Part shown: one piece after another, positions 59,503-64,000 of the stretch
Layout: every line of letters starts with the position of its first letter
Numbering within the stretch: position 1 is the stretch's first letter
NCBI GenBank assembly: GCA_965197525.1
Contig: OZ240211.1
Span: 1,568,001-1,632,000, forward strand
DNA from: Nitrosopumilus sp.
Lineage (GTDB): Archaea > Thermoproteota > Nitrososphaeria > Nitrososphaerales > Nitrosopumilaceae
Reading direction: 5' to 3'
DNA: 64,000 bases
Made by a program: the position numbers and the translations under genes
The notes under the pieces: generated by a model
Told to the model about the DNA's origin: nothing
Databases searched by the model: none
The model's input: only the letters and a program-made list of their open reading frames with translations

Positions 59503-59772
59503 ATGATACCAATCGTAGGAACATTTCTGAGTGTTCTGTCGTCACTTACAGGGCAATTAGGACCAAACTATGATCCATTATTCTACGATGTAATGATCTA
59601 CATCTTCGGAACCATGATGTTTACTGTATTCCTTTTGGGAATTATCTCATTCTGGTTACGTGTACACGGATGGGCTTACAAAGACAATCGTGAAAGATGG
59701 GTTGATGAACTAGACCGACACTTTGAGAGAGAAGGTATTGGTCTTATTCCAGATAATGGTAAATACTGGTAA
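59503..59772 (+). CDS. Small single-TM protein, probable AmoY-like AMO subunit
   Basis: One TM followed by YKDNRERWVDELD; adjacent to the AmoZ-like gene; assignment unverified. Confidence 0.45.
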   Translation: MIPIVGTFLSVLSSLTGQLGPNYDPLFYDVMIYIFGTMMFTVFLLGIISFWLRVHGWAYKDNRERWVDELDRHFEREGIGLIPDNGKYW

Positions 59773-60543
59773 ACTCAATCACTCTCTTCTTTTCATTATT
59801 TTTATTATCCATTAACTCGATGTGTATATGTGCATTTGATTGTGTGTAATATTTTATGCTGTATCTATCAACAACAACAACTGCAAACATCTCCGTGCAA
59901 GATTCCTGGTAACGAAATCATGTTTTTCGATTTGACATGATGAAATGAAGTACGCGATGTCTGGAAATCTATTTGCCTAGTAATAAGACGAAACAAGAGA
60001 TCTCAAACAAGATAAAAGTTAAGAGTAAAGAACTACAAGATTGAGTTTAAACATCTCTGTCCAATTATTTCAAAAATTGCAAGTGAAATATTGTCTATAC
60101 AGTCAATTGGCTGAATTAAAAAAAGGCATAATGCCCATATGATGAAGTCGTTTGAATTGCGTTGTACCACGCACACATCTTATATTTATTAACAATATCC
60201 ACTCTAAGCTGTTGATGTCTACATATGACTATCCGGTAAGCGCTTAGACATCTACGATGGTGCAATTTTATATATGATGTGATACCTGTTACAAAAATAT
60301 GATGTGTAAAAACACAATCAGGATTGACCAATGACAACTAATGGACATTACATACATAGATCTCAGACTTTCTTATTCTATCCTATTATATGGTAACAAG
60401 TAAAGCCGTTCAAATTGGCGATGATAATGTTTAGAACATTTCCATCAATTGATTCTCTCAACAAACTAGCATTGATGGATAGTGCGTAAGATTAAAAATT
60501 TTTAATCCTGATATGTGCTATCATATTTTACAGGCGGCACAAG

Positions 60544-61149
60544 TTAACTTTCTGGTGGTAGGAAGTCAATATCTTTACTTGTATCATATGATTTTGATGT
60601 GAACACTGCTTTATAGTGTGCACCATCTTCTAGTAGATGGTTGATAAAGTACGGCGATTTCACATCATTGACATAAATTTCTGATTTAGCCTGATCCATA
60701 TCTCGTAGAGGAAAGTCCCATATCCACAAAAAATGGCCAATCTCAAATGGGTATTCTTCCTCCCATTCAGCATAAATTGTACCATCATTAGTCAACGTGT
60801 ATAGTGTTCTCTGGCATTGATTATCATTTAATCCAATACCTGCTGGTATGTCTGCCTGTTTGCCATCAACGATTAGTTCTAGTGTGGCAGTAGTCTTGTA
60901 TGGTGTGTTTCTATCATCAATGCAAACTTTGAGCGGATCATTTTGACCAAGCTGTCCTTGCAAAACACTGCTTGCCACTCCAACTGATACTGCAATGATA
61001 GCAGTTATTGCTAGAAATCTTAATGTTTTTCTTCTTTTATATGGGTCGCTTGTACCTGGCCATTTCATACAATTAAATTCAACTAATTCCTTAAAGCCCT
61101 TTCTCAATTTGTCCCTTTTATACAAAGAATAATAAGCAAAGATTCTCAA
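60544..61149 (-). CDS. Conserved membrane-anchored hypothetical protein
   Basis: KRRKTLRFLAITAIIAV TM; IPAGIG...LYTLTNDGTIY...FEIGHFLWIW; true start probably near 61068. Confidence 0.75.
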   Translation of the reverse strand: MRIFAYYSLYKRDKLRKGFKELVEFNCMKWPGTSDPYKRRKTLRFLAITAIIAVSVGVASSVLQGQLGQNDPLKVCIDDRNTPYKTTATLELIVDGKQADIPAGIGLNDNQCQRTLYTLTNDGTIYAEWEEEYPFEIGHFLWIWDFPLRDMDQAKSEIYVNDVKSPYFINHLLEDGAHYKAVFTSKSYDTSKDIDFLPPES

Positions 61150-61159
61150 AAAATGTCAC

Positions 61160-63298
61160 TTGATAGCAAACACCAAACTTGTAACTATAGGACGTTTTGA
61201 TTTAAAATTAAACCATCTGTTAATAATTGGAATTCTTGTTTTGTCATTTAGCATATCATTTCTTCTTCGTGCACAGCCTGCCGATTTTGGTTTTGAACTA
61301 AACGAATTTGATCCTTTTTTTAATTATCGGGCAACTCAGTATATAGTTGATAATGGTATACCTGCATATTATGAATGGAACGACGATCTAAGTTGGTATC
61401 CTCATGGTAGAAACGTTTCAGGCAACTCCCAGATAGCTCTTCATGTAACGGCTGCTATAACGTACTGGATGTTTGGTGGCAACACTGATCTTTATGACTT
61501 TACCATCATATTCCCGGCAGTTTTTGGTGCTTTATCCTCAATTGTAATATTTGCACTGGTGCGAGTTATTGGGGGTACTACTGCTGGATTATTTGCCGCA
61601 TTGTTGTTTTCAACTGCTTTGCCTATTCTGATTAGAGGTCCGATTGGATGGTTTAAATCAGAACCATTTGGATTATTCTTGGCTATTTTAGCTACCTATC
61701 TGTTATTAAGCGGAATCAATACTCGCAATAAAAAAATTGTATTTGCCAAGCTCATAGGAGCTGGATTCTTTACTTCATTTGCCATTTCAGCTTGGGGCGG
61801 AAATCTGTTCTTTATGCTCGTCGTCAGTCTGTTTTTTGTTACTTTGCCATTTTTGCGAAATGATCATAAATTTCTAATAACAATGATTCCTTTTTACACC
61901 GCTATTGTGTTTTTGACAACTTTTGCGTTTCCTCGAGTTGTCTCTACTTTTACATTTGGACTGGCAGGCATTGCATTACTAGTATCTACTGCATTTCTTG
62001 TGGCGTGTATTTTAATTCAACACAAGAGCTCAAAAAATAAGACAAGAAATGGGTTGCTGTTTTTACTGATTCTTTTAGTAACTGTCCCAACTGCGTTATT
62101 AATTAACGCGGAATTCCAATTTCTGCCATCTACTAGTCACAGATATCTTAATGCTCTAAACCCATTCTTAACTACAACAAACCCGTTAGTCGATTCCGTG
62201 TCTGAACACGGAACTACTACACCGGCACAATCGTTTTTGTTTCATTCATCTTTGATGGCATTTGCAGGTATGGGGGTTTGGCTTGTCATTAAAAATCTCC
62301 AAAGCAAAACTCATAATTTCTTGAAAAATGATATGATAGCATTTTCATTAATTCTAAGCTTTATTGGTGTTTATCTTAGCTCTACATTTGTTAGATTGGA
62401 AACCTTTGGGTCTATATCTGTTATTTTATTGGCATCTTTGGGATTAACTATACTGGCAAAACATTTCTTCACTAAAAATCCTGAATCTCGTAAATTACCT
62501 AGCATGTCATTACAGCTATCATTTGTTGCAGGGGTCACTATTCTTTTAATGGTGCCATTGGTATATCCTGTTAATTCTGAGGTATCTACTCTCGTTGACA
62601 TTCCTCCTACTATTCTCACTGGCGCCACTGGATATCCGGTTACCACCAATGATTGGTTAGATGCTTTGGATTGGATTAAAAACAATACTCCAAAAGATGC
62701 CGTTTTTGCATCTTGGTGGGATTACGGTTATTGGATAGCTACAATGGGTGAACGAGCAACACTGGCAGATAATTCAACTAGTTATACAAGCATAATTGAA
62801 AATATCGCAAGAATCTTCTTCTCTGATCCTGACACGGCATGGGTTGCTCTTAACGAAACACAGTCTGACTATTTTCTTATTTTTATAGCTGGTGAGAATC
62901 TGAGTAATGACGCTAATAATCCACTGTATGTACTGGGAGGTGGTGGAGATGAATCTAAAAAACAATGGTTCCTTCGAATTGCAGGGTATGATCTCTCAAA
63001 ATATCTACATTCAGATGGAATTAGTGCTACTGATTCTTTTCATAATGAAACCTTACTTGGTCAGATGACTCCATTCTCTTTACTGGTATACGTTAATCCT
63101 GCCGATTTTAATCAACAGTCTGATACTTATCTTCCCGGTATGACTGGTTTGTATTCCCAGGATATCAAATATCCTGCTGATGGTGACGGACCACTAAGAC
63201 TTGTTTATGCCTCTCCTAGTTTTGTTAGCGAGAAATCAGGACCTATGCACGGGATCTTTATTTACGAAATTAACAAGGATTATCAGCCTTCCTCCTGA
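61160..63298 (+). CDS. aglB: Oligosaccharyltransferase AglB (STT3)
   Basis: LNEFDPFFNYR, SVSEH, WWDYG, multiple TM helices. Confidence 0.93.
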   Translation: MIANTKLVTIGRFDLKLNHLLIIGILVLSFSISFLLRAQPADFGFELNEFDPFFNYRATQYIVDNGIPAYYEWNDDLSWYPHGRNVSGNSQIALHVTAAITYWMFGGNTDLYDFTIIFPAVFGALSSIVIFALVRVIGGTTAGLFAALLFSTALPILIRGPIGWFKSEPFGLFLAILATYLLLSGINTRNKKIVFAKLIGAGFFTSFAISAWGGNLFFMLVVSLFFVTLPFLRNDHKFLITMIPFYTAIVFLTTFAFPRVVSTFTFGLAGIALLVSTAFLVACILIQHKSSKNKTRNGLLFLLILLVTVPTALLINAEFQFLPSTSHRYLNALNPFLTTTNPLVDSVSEHGTTTPAQSFLFHSSLMAFAGMGVWLVIKNLQSKTHNFLKNDMIAFSLILSFIGVYLSSTFVRLETFGSISVILLASLGLTILAKHFFTKNPESRKLPSMSLQLSFVAGVTILLMVPLVYPVNSEVSTLVDIPPTILTGATGYPVTTNDWLDALDWIKNNTPKDAVFASWWDYGYWIATMGERATLADNSTSYTSIIENIARIFFSDPDTAWVALNETQSDYFLIFIAGENLSNDANNPLYVLGGGGDESKKQWFLRIAGYDLSKYLHSDGISATDSFHNETLLGQMTPFSLLVYVNPADFNQQSDTYLPGMTGLYSQDIKYPADGDGPLRLVYASPSFVSEKSGPMHGIFIYEINKDYQPSS

Positions 63299-63790
63299 TA
63301 TTTGAGAATATTTTTGAGCATTAGAATTTAGCATATCAGTCAAGAGACTCATTTTGTGACAGATTTTTAGTATCAAGCAACTAATTGGAGATCACTATTT
63401 CCATACATGCTAGTTTGCTGTGACATTCTGTTAGTTTTCATTTCAAACAATTAATTTTCAGTTACAAGTTCTACCATCTCTGATAAATTCCATCTCTTTT
63501 TTGATTGCATTACTTTGACAATTCTCCTACTTTAACGAGATTGTTAGCTCTGCACGCAAGTACCGTAATTTGCTTATGGTAACTATACAATCTAAATCAA
63601 AAAAAAAAAAATAATAACGCAATTCATCATACAGAGGCAAAACTCTAAGCGTGGATTTGAGTGTATACTTTTTACACTCATGTTTTAAATTTTTGAAAAT
63701 TATCTGATTATTTTTCCTAATTCTAATACTGTAAAACATGGGAACAAAATCTGCACACAATTTAATTATGTAATTTATCAAGGTTGAGTC

Positions 63791-64000
63791 GTGAGCCAAC
63801 AAGAACAGATCTCAGTAAACATAGGACCATGGGTTCTATTGAGCAGCTTGAGAGATGATACTAATCCCTCTGATGTCGAGAGATTAGTTCCTCAAATTCA
63901 AGCATTAGTAGATGACTGGCAGTCTGCTGGGAAGATAATGTGGTCCGGACCATTAGACAATGAAAAGTCTGGAATGGCAATATTTGAGGCAGAAGAGCAT
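63791..64000 (+). CDS. YciI-like dimeric alpha-beta barrel protein, partial
   Basis: Open from GTG 63791 to the window end: ...GKIMWSGPLDNEKSGMAIFEAEE. Confidence 0.6.
   Translation, partial: MSQQEQISVNIGPWVLLSSLRDDTNPSDVERLVPQIQALVDDWQSAGKIMWSGPLDNEKSGMAIFEAEEH

Overview
Window from an ammonia-oxidising archaeon (Nitrososphaerota, Nitrosopumilaceae-like). A host-associated lifestyle such as sponge symbiosis is inferred from the IS load and the repeat-rich surface proteins. Layout: (1) 1-13.56 kb: a partial TnpB, a tRNA-modification/KEOPS block (ychF, kae1, bud32, ITPase, tyw1, dus) and three tandem thrombospondin type-3 repeat genes. (2) 13.56-43.82 kb: a 30-kb accessory island inserted at the 3' end of dus. 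The same 8-mer TTATCTT(C/A) sits at all four of its junctions and splits it into a 58-bp MITE, a 17,654-bp transposon-like element (48-bp terminal inverted repeats, 8-bp target duplication; cargo of three HEPN-motif proteins, a Schlafen/AlbA_2 protein, a pilin, Cys-rich surface proteins and an IS6-like transposase) and a 12.5-kb composite unit (IS110, beta-propeller surface protein, IS3/IS5/IS6 remnants, FnIII proteins). The IS110 carries a predicted bridge RNA whose four guide segments map onto its own junctions; it has inserted into the terminus of the neighbouring unit. (3) 43.9-64 kb: mostly core genes (Lrp, decayed TnpB, P-II, TBP, ASCH, PLP enzyme, vWA/MoxR, geranylgeranyl reductase, rps3ae, serS, pcc1, DHH, rps15, probable amoZ/amoY-like pair, aglB) plus a C/D-box sRNA predicted to guide 23S Gm2251. 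No tRNA, rRNA, CRISPR array or cas genes were found. All calls were made by eye, without database searches.
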